Virus record (IMG/VR): IMGVR_UViG_3300010401_000032
Location: 26,145 to 90,144 of that record
Direction: 5' to 3' (one strand)
Length of the DNA stretch: 64,000 nucleotides
From: a virus
Taxonomy: Duplodnaviria > Heunggongvirae > Uroviricota > Caudoviricetes
Shown: piece after piece, positions 18,447 through 25,320 of the stretch
Layout of the letters: the number at the start of each line of letters is the position of its first letter
Position numbering within the stretch: position 1 is the stretch's first letter
Notes under the pieces: generated by a model
Seen by the model: the letters and a program-made list of their open reading frames with translations, nothing else
Database searches by the model: none
What the model was told of the DNA's origin: nothing
Translations under genes and position numbers: made by a program

Positions 18447-18873
18447 AAGCGGCAAGACACTTCAACGAGGCCCATGCGGCGGGCCGACCGAGGAGTAACG
18501 GTAGTTCGCCAGTTTAAAGACTGATTAATAGGGGTATAGTAGCAACGGCAAAATAATTCTCTCCAAAAGAAAAGTTCTAAGTTCGAATCTTAGTGCCCCT
18601 GCCATTAGAACCTTCCCTTAATCCGGAAGTACAAGACGGAGATAGCTGCCGTCTTGGCAGGAAATGTAAAACCGTAAGCACGGCAATGAATAAATTCTAT
18701 TTGGTTGCAACATTATAGAATATACTGCTGATACTCGGGACTTGATTAGGTTTGCAACCTCTCAAGTACATTATTCTGTTTTAGCACAATGCTTAGAACT
18801 GAAAGTAGTTGGACAATGCTTCTAGTAAGCATCGGTCGACACATGGCCATTCTAAGCATTATTGTCTCTGTAG

Positions 18874-18940
18874 CTCAGTTAGTAGTAGCGTCCGGTTGAA
18901 ACCCGGAAGGTCGTCGGGGCGGAACCGACTGGAGACACCA
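18874..18940 (+). tRNA. tRNA-Phe(GAA) with unusual T-loop GGCGGAA
   Basis: Acceptor GTCTCTG/TGGAGAC. D-stem GCT(C)/(T)AGC. Anticodon stem TCCGG/CCGGA, loop TTGAAAC. T-stem GTCGG/CCGAC. CCA encoded. Confidence 0.5.
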
Positions 18941-18942
18941 TT

Positions 18943-19019
18943 GCAGCATTCGTCTACGATAGCTAGGATAGGTCCCTTTCAAGGACCGGAAGAGAGGGCG
19001 GCACTCTCATGCTGTACCA
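18943..19019 (+). tRNA. tRNA-Glu(TTC)-like with unusual T-loop GGCGGCA
   Basis: Acceptor GCAGCAT/ATGCTGT. Anticodon stem GGTCC/GGACC, loop CTTTCAA. T-stem GAGAG/CTCTC. Discriminator A, CCA encoded. The ATG at 19009 in the ORF track lies inside this tRNA. Confidence 0.45.
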
Positions 19020-19050
19020 TTTCGTTTTAACCATAGGAGCAACGCGACTA

Positions 19051-19593
19051 ATGAGATTTAAGAAATATGTTTGTACTTCGGACAAGGCCATTAAGGACAA
19101 GTGGAATCCTTGTGGGTGCCTCTACGAATGGCATCCTGGCACCGAATTTGAGGAAGAGGGCTGCGTCCATTGTGGCGTGCCGCACGAAAATACTGTTTGG
19201 TATAATCTTTATCTCATGATGCCGTACTGGCTTCGTCAAAATCACATTCGAAATCTTAGGCGAAGCATAAGACACTTATATCAGCGTCGCACTCGCGGCT
19301 TTGATGATTCCGATCTATGGAATCTTGATTGCACAATTGGTCACTTTGTTGCTCCTAGACTCCGGGCTTTTATTGATCAATATGGCGATAAGGCAGTTCC
19401 CAGTGGATTAGCTGGCGGCTCTCTCGAAGAGAGAAGTCAAGAGTGGATTGCTATCCTTGAGAAAATACATGAGGCGTTCCGCCTCATGAAGGAAGATGAT
19501 TGGGACACAGTAGAAGATTGGGAAAAACAAAAGAGAACAATTGAAGAAGGACTTGAACTTTTTAAGGAATGGCATAGAGCAATTTGGGACTAA
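19051..19593 (+). CDS. hypothetical protein (start moved to Met15 of track ORF to clear tRNA)
   Basis: Track ORF 19009..19593 overlaps tRNA 3' end; internal ATG at 19051. Confidence 0.4.
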   Translation: MRFKKYVCTSDKAIKDKWNPCGCLYEWHPGTEFEEEGCVHCGVPHENTVWYNLYLMMPYWLRQNHIRNLRRSIRHLYQRRTRGFDDSDLWNLDCTIGHFVAPRLRAFIDQYGDKAVPSGLAGGSLEERSQEWIAILEKIHEAFRLMKEDDWDTVEDWEKQKRTIEEGLELFKEWHRAIWD

Positions 19594-19604
19594 CAACAAA
19601 ACAC

Positions 19605-19691
19605 GCCGGTTTGGCTCAGTAGCGACAGCACCGCTTTTGTAAAGCGGCGAGAGAAATCTCCTCGGGGGTGCGAGTCCTCCAATCGGCTCCA
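19605..19691 (+). tRNA. tRNA, anticodon TGT (Thr-like), carrying a type-II-like extra arm with GAAA tetraloop
   Basis: Acceptor GCCGGTT/AATCGGC. D-stem GCT/AGC. Anticodon stem CCGCT/AGCGG, loop TTTGTAA. Variable arm GAGA-GAAA-TCTC. T-arm GGGGG-TGCGAGT-CCTCC. CCA encoded. Confidence 0.5.
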
Positions 19692-19699
19692 ATTCAATT

Positions 19700-20020
19700 A
19701 TGATTGATTTAGTTAAGAACGACGTATACGATTTTATTAAGTATGCAAGAGGCATGCAGCATTGGCATCCAGAACATGCTGAAAAATATAAAACGGCAGA
19801 AATAGAACTTCTGTTCGAAGCACTGGAAGCACAATCCTGTCAAATCAAGCGTGGCGAACTAGAAAGTCGCTTAAAAGAATTGGGCATTTTGGATCGCCAG
19901 GAACGAAAGAAACGTTGGTCCGCATTTTTCAAGAGTAGAATTCAGAACAAAATTGCGGCAGTCATTAAGACTCATCCATTGAAAGCAAAACGCCTAATCG
20001 AAAGACTAAAGAAAATTTAA
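19700..20020 (+). CDS. hypothetical protein
   Basis: 106-aa ORF. Confidence 0.45.
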   Translation: MIDLVKNDVYDFIKYARGMQHWHPEHAEKYKTAEIELLFEALEAQSCQIKRGELESRLKELGILDRQERKKRWSAFFKSRIQNKIAAVIKTHPLKAKRLIERLKKI

Positions 20021-20021
20021 T

Positions 20022-20095
20022 TCTCCCTTGGTGTAATGGTAGCACGTCGAGCTTTGAACTCGAAAATCTACGTCCGATTCGTGGCGGGAGAACCA
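20022..20095 (+). tRNA. tRNA-Gln(TTG)
   Basis: Acceptor TCTCCCT/CGGGAGA (one mismatch). D-stem GTGT/GCAC. Anticodon stem TCGAG/CTCGA, loop CTTTGAA. T-arm CTACG-TCCGATT-CGTGG. CCA encoded. Confidence 0.5.
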
Positions 20096-20100
20096 AACAT

Positions 20101-20190
20101 GGAAGATTGGCAGAGAGGTTTAATGCAGACGGTTGCTAACTGTCCGGGGCTTCAAAACTCCCATAGGTTCAAATCCTATATCTTCCTCCA
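20101..20190 (+). tRNA. tRNA-Ser(GCT), type II
   Basis: Acceptor GGAAGAT/ATCTTCC. D-stem GCA/TGC, 11-nt loop. Anticodon stem GACGG/CTGTC, loop TTGCTAA. 18-nt variable arm. T-arm ATAGG-TTCAAAT-CCTAT. CCA encoded. Confidence 0.7.
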
Positions 20191-20197
20191 AATAAAC

Positions 20198-20285
20198 GGT
20201 AGGCATCCGGCTGGATGAGGAGCTTGTCCTGAAAACAAGTATAGGTTAATAGCCTTTTGGGGTTCGAGTCCCTAGCCTACCGCCA
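20198..20285 (+). tRNA. tRNA-Ser(TGA), type II, with C33 in anticodon loop
   Basis: Acceptor GGTAGGC/GCCTACC. Anticodon stem CTTGT/ACAAG, loop CCTGAAA. Long variable arm. T-arm TGGGG-TTCGAGT-CCCTA. Discriminator G, CCA encoded. Confidence 0.55.
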
Positions 20286-20293
20286 GAATTTAG

Positions 20294-20322
20294 TTGACAA
20301 TGAATGGTGAGTATCGTATAAT
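20294..20322 (+). promoter_or_regulatory. consensus sigma70 promoter TTGACA-17-TATAAT
   Basis: TTGACA 20294-20299, TATAAT 20317-20322; overlaps 5' part of putative tRNA-His. Confidence 0.6.
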
Positions 20323-20385
20323 GGGAGTATGCTGGCTTGTGACGCCATAGGCGAGAGATCGAAACTCTCTATTCACCCCAACACA
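20306..20385 (+). tRNA. tRNA-His(GTG)-like with G-1 and C73
   Basis: G-1 at 20306. Acceptor GTGAGTA/TATTCAC. Anticodon stem TGGC/GCCA, loop TTGTGAC. T-arm GAGAG-ATCGAAA-CTCTC. Discriminator C then CCA. D-arm irregular and overlapped by the promoter -10. Confidence 0.4.
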
Positions 20386-20387
20386 TT

Positions 20388-20636
20388 ATGAAATTAAGAT
20401 TATACCCTATATATTTCTTTGGTTTGTTTCTAGCGTCTGCAACGACCGGGATTATTCTTCATGCCTTTGAATGCAATAGATTTGATCGTGGTATTGCTGC
20501 CCTAATGCTGGTTGGCATGTTAGGCGGCATCCTTGGAGGAGCATACGAAAGCCGCAGGATGACATATTTTAGATCCAAAATGACAGATGAAGAACTTGGG
20601 CCTTACTACGCCGCAAAACGAAAGTATCCAGGATAA
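20388..20636 (+). CDS. small membrane protein
   Basis: 82 aa, two TM-like segments. Confidence 0.4.
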   Translation: MKLRLYPIYFFGLFLASATTGIILHAFECNRFDRGIAALMLVGMLGGILGGAYESRRMTYFRSKMTDEELGPYYAAKRKYPG

Positions 20637-20638
20637 AT

Positions 20639-20712
20639 GCTCGATTGGTCTAATGGCAGCACTCTCGGTTTACATCCGAGCGGCGGGAGTTCGATTCTCT
20701 CATCGAGTACCA
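20639..20712 (+). tRNA. tRNA-Val(TAC)
   Basis: Acceptor GCTCGAT/ATCGAGT. Anticodon stem CTCGG/CCGAG, loop TTTACAT. T-arm GGGAG-TTCGATT-CTCTC. CCA encoded. D-arm irregular. Confidence 0.5.
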
Positions 20713-20719
20713 AAAACAT

Positions 20720-20795
20720 GGGTCCGTCGTTCAACAGACTAGGACTTCTCTCTACGAAAGAGACAATCAGGGTGCGATTCCTTGCGGACCTACCA
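20720..20795 (+). tRNA. tRNA-Arg(ACG)
   Basis: Acceptor GGGTCCG/CGGACCT. Anticodon stem TCTCT/AGAGA, loop CTACGAA. T-arm CAGGG-TGCGATT-CCTTG. CCA encoded. Confidence 0.55.
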
Positions 20796-20821
20796 TGCAT
20801 CTTCGGTGCAGAAAGTGTAAT

Positions 20822-20962
20822 ATGAGTGGAGACAGAAGCGATTGGTTTTGCAGCAAATGTGGAAAATATCAAGACCCACAATATTTAGATTATAATACAG
20901 GCGAGTGTTGGGATTGTCAAGAAAACGATCTTCCGGAATCATCAGATGCAAGTTCTATTTAG
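20822..20962 (+). CDS. small zinc-ribbon protein (46 aa)
   Basis: MSGDRSDWFCSKCGKYQDPQYLDYNTGECWDCQEN..; CxxC-x17-CxxC; overlaps start of next ORF. Confidence 0.3.
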   Translation: MSGDRSDWFCSKCGKYQDPQYLDYNTGECWDCQENDLPESSDASSI

Positions 20963-21731
20963 AACATCGTTTGATTTTGATGATGAATTAGCTATCGCAA
21001 AACAATATTGCGATGTAAAAGAATATCGTAGTCAGTGCGGTAATGATCTCGTAGTTGGTCGTTATTCAGTTTTACCATACTATAGAGAGCTTGAAAAAGA
21101 TCTGGCGTCGCACAACGCCAAACTAATCAATAGTTATGCGGAGCATAGATGGATCGCCAACTTTGATTACTACGAAACTTTGCATCAATATACGTTTCTA
21201 ACCTGGACAGATGATAACTTCTATAAATGTCCTATAAATGGACCGTTCGTAGTTAAAGGACGAACAAACTCTAGAAAGCATCAATGGAAAACTCATATGT
21301 TTGCCAAGGATAAGGAGGCGGCAATAAATATTGCAAATGAGTTAAACAACGATCCGCTATTAGGCGAGCAGGGAATTTTATATCGCGAATATATTCCATT
21401 AGAGGTCTTTGAAGTAGGAGTTAACGATATTCAATTTACGAACGAATGGCGTTTCTTCTTTTTCAAGCAGAACATACTTACTTATGGATATTATTGGTCA
21501 CAAGCGGATAAAGCAGACGAATATAAGATTCCAGAAGGCGGTATAGAGTTTGCACAAACAATAGCCAATGCGATTGGAGATAACGTTCAATTTTTCGTTG
21601 TCGATATTGCTAAGACGCTGGCTGGCGAATGGATTTTAGTAGAACTTAATGACGGTCAAATGTCCGGGCTTGGAATGGCAAGTCCGCATGACCTATATAG
21701 AAATCTTGCAAAAATAAACACTCCAGGGTAG
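20946..21731 (+). CDS. ATP-grasp-fold enzyme (substrate unknown)
   Basis: C-terminal FFVVDIAKTLAGEWILVELNDGQMSGL typical of ATP-grasp Mg/ATP-binding end; YREYIPLE motif. Confidence 0.5.
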   Translation: MQVLFRTSFDFDDELAIAKQYCDVKEYRSQCGNDLVVGRYSVLPYYRELEKDLASHNAKLINSYAEHRWIANFDYYETLHQYTFLTWTDDNFYKCPINGPFVVKGRTNSRKHQWKTHMFAKDKEAAINIANELNNDPLLGEQGILYREYIPLEVFEVGVNDIQFTNEWRFFFFKQNILTYGYYWSQADKADEYKIPEGGIEFAQTIANAIGDNVQFFVVDIAKTLAGEWILVELNDGQMSGLGMASPHDLYRNLAKINTPG

Positions 21732-21810
21732 GCGACGTTGGTAAAGCCATTTGACTGTTAATCAAACGCGAGCAATCGCACCGTGGGTTCAATTCCTACC
21801 CCTGGAGCCA
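21722..21810 (+). tRNA. tRNA, anticodon GTT (Asn-like), with type-II-like extra arm (GCGA-GCAA-TCGC)
   Basis: Acceptor TCCAGGG/CCCTGGA. D-stem GGC/GCC, 12-nt loop. Anticodon stem TTTGA/TCAAA, loop CTGTTAA. Extra arm with GCAA tetraloop. T-arm GTGGG-TTCAATT-CCTAC. CCA encoded. 5' end overlaps stop of upstream ORF. Confidence 0.5.
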
Positions 21811-21819
21811 ATACAAAAA

Positions 21820-21897
21820 CTGAGTGTGGGAAAGCTTGGAGTTTCCGGCTGGCTTGGAACCAGCAGACCGCAGGTTCAAATCCTGCCACTCAGACCA
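21820..21897 (+). tRNA. tRNA-Pro(TGG)
   Basis: Acceptor CTGAGTG/CACTCAG. D-stem GGAA/TTCC. Anticodon stem GCTGG/CCAGC, loop CTTGGAA. T-arm GCAGG-TTCAAAT-CCTGC. CCA encoded. Confidence 0.7.
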
Positions 21898-21898
21898 T

Positions 21899-21990
21899 GC
21901 TTTCGTGTATCGAGTCCGGCCGAAGATACTTCGCTCTTAACGAAATGTGGGCAACCACCATCCCAGGTTCGAATCCTGGCGAAAGCACCA
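21899..21990 (+). tRNA. tRNA, anticodon CTT (Lys-like), with type-II-like extra arm (GTGG-GCAA-CCAC)
   Basis: Acceptor GCTTTCG/CGAAAGC. D-stem TATC/GATA, long D-loop. Anticodon stem (C)TTCG/CGAA(A), loop CTCTTAA. Extra arm with GCAA tetraloop. T-arm CCAGG-TTCGAAT-CCTGG. CCA encoded. Confidence 0.45.
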
Positions 21991-22028
21991 CCTTACAGAC
22001 CTTTTACTTGTAAGCTTGAAAAAGTTTT

Positions 22029-22057
22029 TTGACTTGCCTCACTTAACGTGCTATAAT
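22029..22057 (+). promoter_or_regulatory. sigma70-type promoter TTGACT-17-TATAAT, leaderless to ATG 22064
   Basis: TTGACT 22029-22034, TATAAT 22052-22057, ATG 7 nt downstream. Confidence 0.6.
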
Positions 22058-22063
22058 GTCAGA

Positions 22064-22279
22064 ATGAAGCCTACTAAAAAGCTTGAAATTGCAGATGGTC
22101 TTGATTTTTCAGTCGTCCTTTGTCAGTATGATAATGGCGATGATAATCCCGAAGGAAAATTCTACCAATTGCACATTGATCACGATTCCGATACTGGCGT
22201 GTCACATAAAATCGTCTTTCCTATAGATTCATTCGATCCGGAAAGTATCGGTGCTCAATTAATTAGGATGATTGAATGA
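22064..22279 (+). CDS. hypothetical small acidic protein
   Basis: 71 aa from ATG 22064 (track ORF 21947 start overlaps tRNA). Confidence 0.4.
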   Translation: MKPTKKLEIADGLDFSVVLCQYDNGDDNPEGKFYQLHIDHDSDTGVSHKIVFPIDSFDPESIGAQLIRMIE

Positions 22280-22284
22280 ACGAT

Positions 22285-22362
22285 TGGCCCTGTAGACCAA
22301 TTGGCAGAGTCAACAGACTTAAAATCTGTCAAGTGTGGGTTCGACTCCCACTAGGGCTACCA
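22285..22362 (+). tRNA. tRNA with Leu anticodon TAA but class I (short variable arm)
   Basis: Acceptor GGCCCTG/TAGGGCT. D-stem GAC/GTC, 11-nt loop. Anticodon stem ACAGA/TCTGT, loop CTTAAAA. Variable CAAGT. T-arm GTGGG-TTCGACT-CCCAC. CCA encoded. Confidence 0.55.
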
Positions 22363-22373
22363 ACATAATACAA

Positions 22374-22451
22374 GTCCGGGTGACGGAATTAGGCATACGT
22401 ATCACGCTTAGAACGTGAGTTTTGTGGGTTCGATTCCCACCTCGGACACCA
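22374..22451 (+). tRNA. tRNA with Leu anticodon TAG but class I (short variable arm)
   Basis: Acceptor GTCCGGG/CTCGGAC. D-stem ACG/CGT, 12-nt loop. Anticodon stem TCACG/CGTGA, loop CTTAGAA. Variable GTTTT. T-arm GTGGG-TTCGATT-CCCAC. CCA encoded. Confidence 0.55.
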
Positions 22452-22458
22452 ATACAAT

Positions 22459-22803
22459 ATGAAAAATATCGAAGAACTAGCAAAGGCTCCTGGCGTAGAG
22501 CTTTCAAAGCTCAAGCTCGGCACGAAGCTTTACATCCAAACGCAGCAAACGCTTTACACTGTCGTTGTTGTACCAAACGACAAGTTTGTAGTAAGTGACG
22601 AAGGTAAGCGATTTGTCATGCCCAAGGAAATCTACATTAATGGTTCTACGTATGGTGGAGCTATGCTTAGAATGAATTGGATTGGAATCGGCATGTGCGT
22701 GGAGATGGAACACCCCGATCCTTCAAAGCAAGTCTTGACGACCAGCCCGGTTAAGGGTATCAAAGTTGTTGCCCCAGACGAAAGCTGGTATTACGAACTA
22801 TGA
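22459..22803 (+). CDS. hypothetical protein
   Basis: 114-aa ORF. Confidence 0.45.
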   Translation: MKNIEELAKAPGVELSKLKLGTKLYIQTQQTLYTVVVVPNDKFVVSDEGKRFVMPKEIYINGSTYGGAMLRMNWIGIGMCVEMEHPDPSKQVLTTSPVKGIKVVAPDESWYYEL

Positions 22804-23909
22804 AACTGCCCATTCTATATCACAAGGCAAAAGGCGGAGATCTACGCCAATGGCGAACGTGGACAGAGGGGCCGCATATTCTCACCGAGCACGGACAGGT
22901 CGGCGGGAAGCTTCAAATCAGTAGTAAGACCGCCGAAGGCAAGAACATTGGCCGAGCTAACGAAACGTCGCCCGAAGAGCAGGCCATCTTGGAAGCGAAT
23001 AGCCTTCATAAGTATAAGCTTGACCGAAAGTACTCTCTGACGCCCGAAGAGGCATCCGAGGAGCTATTGCTTCCGATGCTTGCCCACAAGTATGACGGCT
23101 CGAAAAAGAACAAGATCCAACTACCCGCCGACGTGCAACCCAAGCTAGACGGCGTTCGCTGCCTAGCCGTTCGCGAAGGCAAGTCCATCAATCTTATTTC
23201 AAGGTCTGGAAAGCCTTACAATGTTCCGCATATCGCAGCGTCGCTAGATTATTGGCTTCCAAATGGAACAATGCTGGACGGCGAGCTATATATCCATGGC
23301 GAATCCTGCCAACGTATTACCTCATTGGTAAAGTCGGCGGATCAGTCTGGCAAGTCTTACAAGCCCGAGAGTTTGCAGCTTTCTTATTATATTTATGACG
23401 TGCCCGTCGTAGATGGAAACGACTCCCTTACTTGGGAAGAACGTTCCAAGCGTCTTCATGATCTTCGAACAGGTTACAATATCGAAGTTGTGATCCATCG
23501 CGAAGTTAAAAACGATAAGGAAATTTGGGACGCTCACGGTGCCTATATTCAAGATGGATACGAGGGAGCTATTTTAAGAGGCCGCAACGGTCTTTATCTA
23601 TGGGGTTATCGATCGAGCGACCTCTTAAAGGTAAAGTCATTCCAGGACGCAGAGTTTCGCGTTATGGACGCACGCGACGGAAAAGGTAAGATGGAAGGGT
23701 GCGTCGTTTGGATTTGCAAAAATGATTTGACGGACGCCACCTTTGAATGCACAATGAAAGTGACGATGAATGAGCGTGCCAGAATGTACAGCGAACGCAA
23801 GCATTACATTGGACGACAATTGACAGTAAGGTTCTTTGATAGGACTGACGATTCACTCCCTAGATTTCCTGTAGGAATTCTTTTTAAAGACGAAAAGGAC
23901 ATTTCATGA
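22800..23909 (+). CDS. ATP-dependent DNA ligase
   Basis: Motif I KLDGVRC, motif IV EGAILRG, motif V DLLKVK. Confidence 0.8.
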   Translation: MKLPILYHKAKGGDLRQWRTWTEGPHILTEHGQVGGKLQISSKTAEGKNIGRANETSPEEQAILEANSLHKYKLDRKYSLTPEEASEELLLPMLAHKYDGSKKNKIQLPADVQPKLDGVRCLAVREGKSINLISRSGKPYNVPHIAASLDYWLPNGTMLDGELYIHGESCQRITSLVKSADQSGKSYKPESLQLSYYIYDVPVVDGNDSLTWEERSKRLHDLRTGYNIEVVIHREVKNDKEIWDAHGAYIQDGYEGAILRGRNGLYLWGYRSSDLLKVKSFQDAEFRVMDARDGKGKMEGCVVWICKNDLTDATFECTMKVTMNERARMYSERKHYIGRQLTVRFFDRTDDSLPRFPVGILFKDEKDIS

Positions 23910-24106
23910 ATACATCATCAGAAGCATTTCTATTATTTGTAATTGGCTTACTTTTTGGCGGTTTGGTCGGCTATGTCGTTTGTAGGTCAAATATGAAAGA
24001 TGAGGCTATAGCTAATGGTGCGGCAAGATGGGAACATATAACGTATATTGATTCATATGGTCATCAAGCTCAAATGACTGATTTCGCTTGGAATAACAAA
24101 AAATAA
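23906..24106 (+). CDS. small membrane protein
   Basis: 66 aa with N-terminal TM segment. Confidence 0.35.
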   Translation: MNTSSEAFLLFVIGLLFGGLVGYVVCRSNMKDEAIANGAARWEHITYIDSYGHQAQMTDFAWNNKK

Positions 24107-24181
24107 GGTCTATTAGTTTACCAGCTAAAACACCCGACTGTCGATCGGGAAAAGCGGGAGCGTCACCCGCATGGACCGCCA
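24107..24181 (+). tRNA. tRNA-Asp(GTC) with atypical T-loop AGCGTCA
   Basis: Acceptor GGTCTAT/ATGGACC. D-stem GTTT/AAAC. Anticodon stem CCCGA/TCGGG, loop CTGTCGA. T-stem GCGGG/CCCGC. Discriminator G, CCA encoded. Confidence 0.6.
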
Positions 24182-24182
24182 A

Positions 24183-24258
24183 CCGTGGGTAGCTTAATCA
24201 GTGAAGCATCCGTCTGATACGCGGAAGAGTGATGGTGCAAGTCCATCCCCACGGACCA
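24183..24258 (+). tRNA. tRNA-Ile(GAT)
   Basis: Acceptor CCGTGGG/CCCACGG. D-stem GCTT/AAGC. Anticodon stem TCCGT/GCGGA, loop CTGATAC. T-arm GATGG-TGCAAGT-CCATC. CCA encoded. Confidence 0.6.
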
Positions 24259-24276
24259 CCTTTCTTGAAAAAGATC

Positions 24277-24305
24277 TTGACACGATAACTTTTGTAGTAT
24301 ATGCT
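24277..24305 (+). promoter_or_regulatory. sigma70-type promoter TTGACA-N15-17-TATATG/TATGCT
   Basis: TTGACA 24277-24282; -10-like hexamers at 24298-24305; ATG 24313. Confidence 0.4.
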
Positions 24306-24312
24306 TTGAACG

Positions 24313-24759
24313 ATGAACATCACACAAGAACAGGCTACGCAAATTCACGATCTTGAGTCGTACACGACGATAACCGGAGCCAAACGTTTCAAGCGAACGA
24401 AGGCCGAAATGGACGCCGGCTACTCGCCGGAGGAAGCTCTTCAAAAACGCTTACAAGAACTTTCTGGCAACGAACCTAGACCGACCAGCATAAAGGAAAC
24501 TTCTAAGCGTGCCACAAAAAACGGAGATCTCACGATTCGGCCCATGAAGGGCGTTAGCCCTGATTATTTTGAGCACGTCCCCGGATCTCCCATCCAAGTC
24601 ACTCTCGATGATAAGTGGTATGGATGGTTCGACACACTGGCCAACGGCCCGTATCAAGGTGACGTAAACAAACTGATTCAGCACATTCTTGACATGGGTA
24701 TTGGAGAAGTCATTACGAAAATTCACTTTCCTGGAGATATTGTAGAATATGAAAAATAA
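24313..24759 (+). CDS. hypothetical protein
   Basis: 148-aa ORF. Confidence 0.45.
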   Translation: MNITQEQATQIHDLESYTTITGAKRFKRTKAEMDAGYSPEEALQKRLQELSGNEPRPTSIKETSKRATKNGDLTIRPMKGVSPDYFEHVPGSPIQVTLDDKWYGWFDTLANGPYQGDVNKLIQHILDMGIGEVITKIHFPGDIVEYEK

Positions 24760-25102
24760 GCGAAGAGCTATTAGAATTGACCGAACTAAATGGCAAAGAG
24801 GACCTCACGATGGAAGAACATACCTTTGGAATAAATACAGACAAGAGGGTTGTTGTTTGGGGCACGTGATTCATCAGACACAAAAGCATTCTTGGAATTC
24901 ATTGGACTTAAAGGCTGACCCCTTTGAGGTCCTTAAGAAGCAAGATGTTTGCAAGTTAGTTACCGATCAAGATATTAATTCCGAATTTGCAAACAAGGCT
25001 ATAGAAATTAACGATAGTATTTATCTGACAGAATATGAGCGTGAAGAGCAACTAATCGAGCTTTTCAAGAAAAATAAGATTAAGCTTTCGTTCCATACTT
25101 AA
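24749..25102 (+). CDS. hypothetical protein
   Basis: 117-aa ORF. Confidence 0.4.
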   Translation: MKNKRRAIRIDRTKWQRGPHDGRTYLWNKYRQEGCCLGHVIHQTQKHSWNSLDLKADPFEVLKKQDVCKLVTDQDINSEFANKAIEINDSIYLTEYEREEQLIELFKKNKIKLSFHT

Positions 25103-25303
25103 ATGAAGTATATCAATCGTTATACGATTCAGGACGAGAATCAGATCGAGTATGCCTCATTCATTGATTACAAAAAGGCTTTTGAGTGTCTTGAAATTGC
25201 AAACATGGGGCAAATGCTGAAATCTAACTGGCAAGGTAAACATTACGCAGTCGTCGAAAAATCGGTCGAAGTTTCCAAGAATATTCGCACGCTTACCTTT
25301 TGA
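25103..25303 (+). CDS. hypothetical protein
   Basis: 66-aa ORF. Confidence 0.35.
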   Translation: MKYINRYTIQDENQIEYASFIDYKKAFECLEIANMGQMLKSNWQGKHYAVVEKSVEVSKNIRTLTF

Positions 25304-25320
25304 TGTAGTATAGTACGGGC

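Noticed and set aside
21751-22032. ORF-track ORFs overlapping tRNA genes (21751..22032, 21783..22013, 15076..15330, 15107..15334, 15167..15376, 18809..19030, 22319..22507, 20606..20881, 20637..20825)
   Set aside because: They lie over confidently folded tRNAs or the structured ncRNA, lack RBSs and have biased low-complexity translations, so they are treated as spurious.
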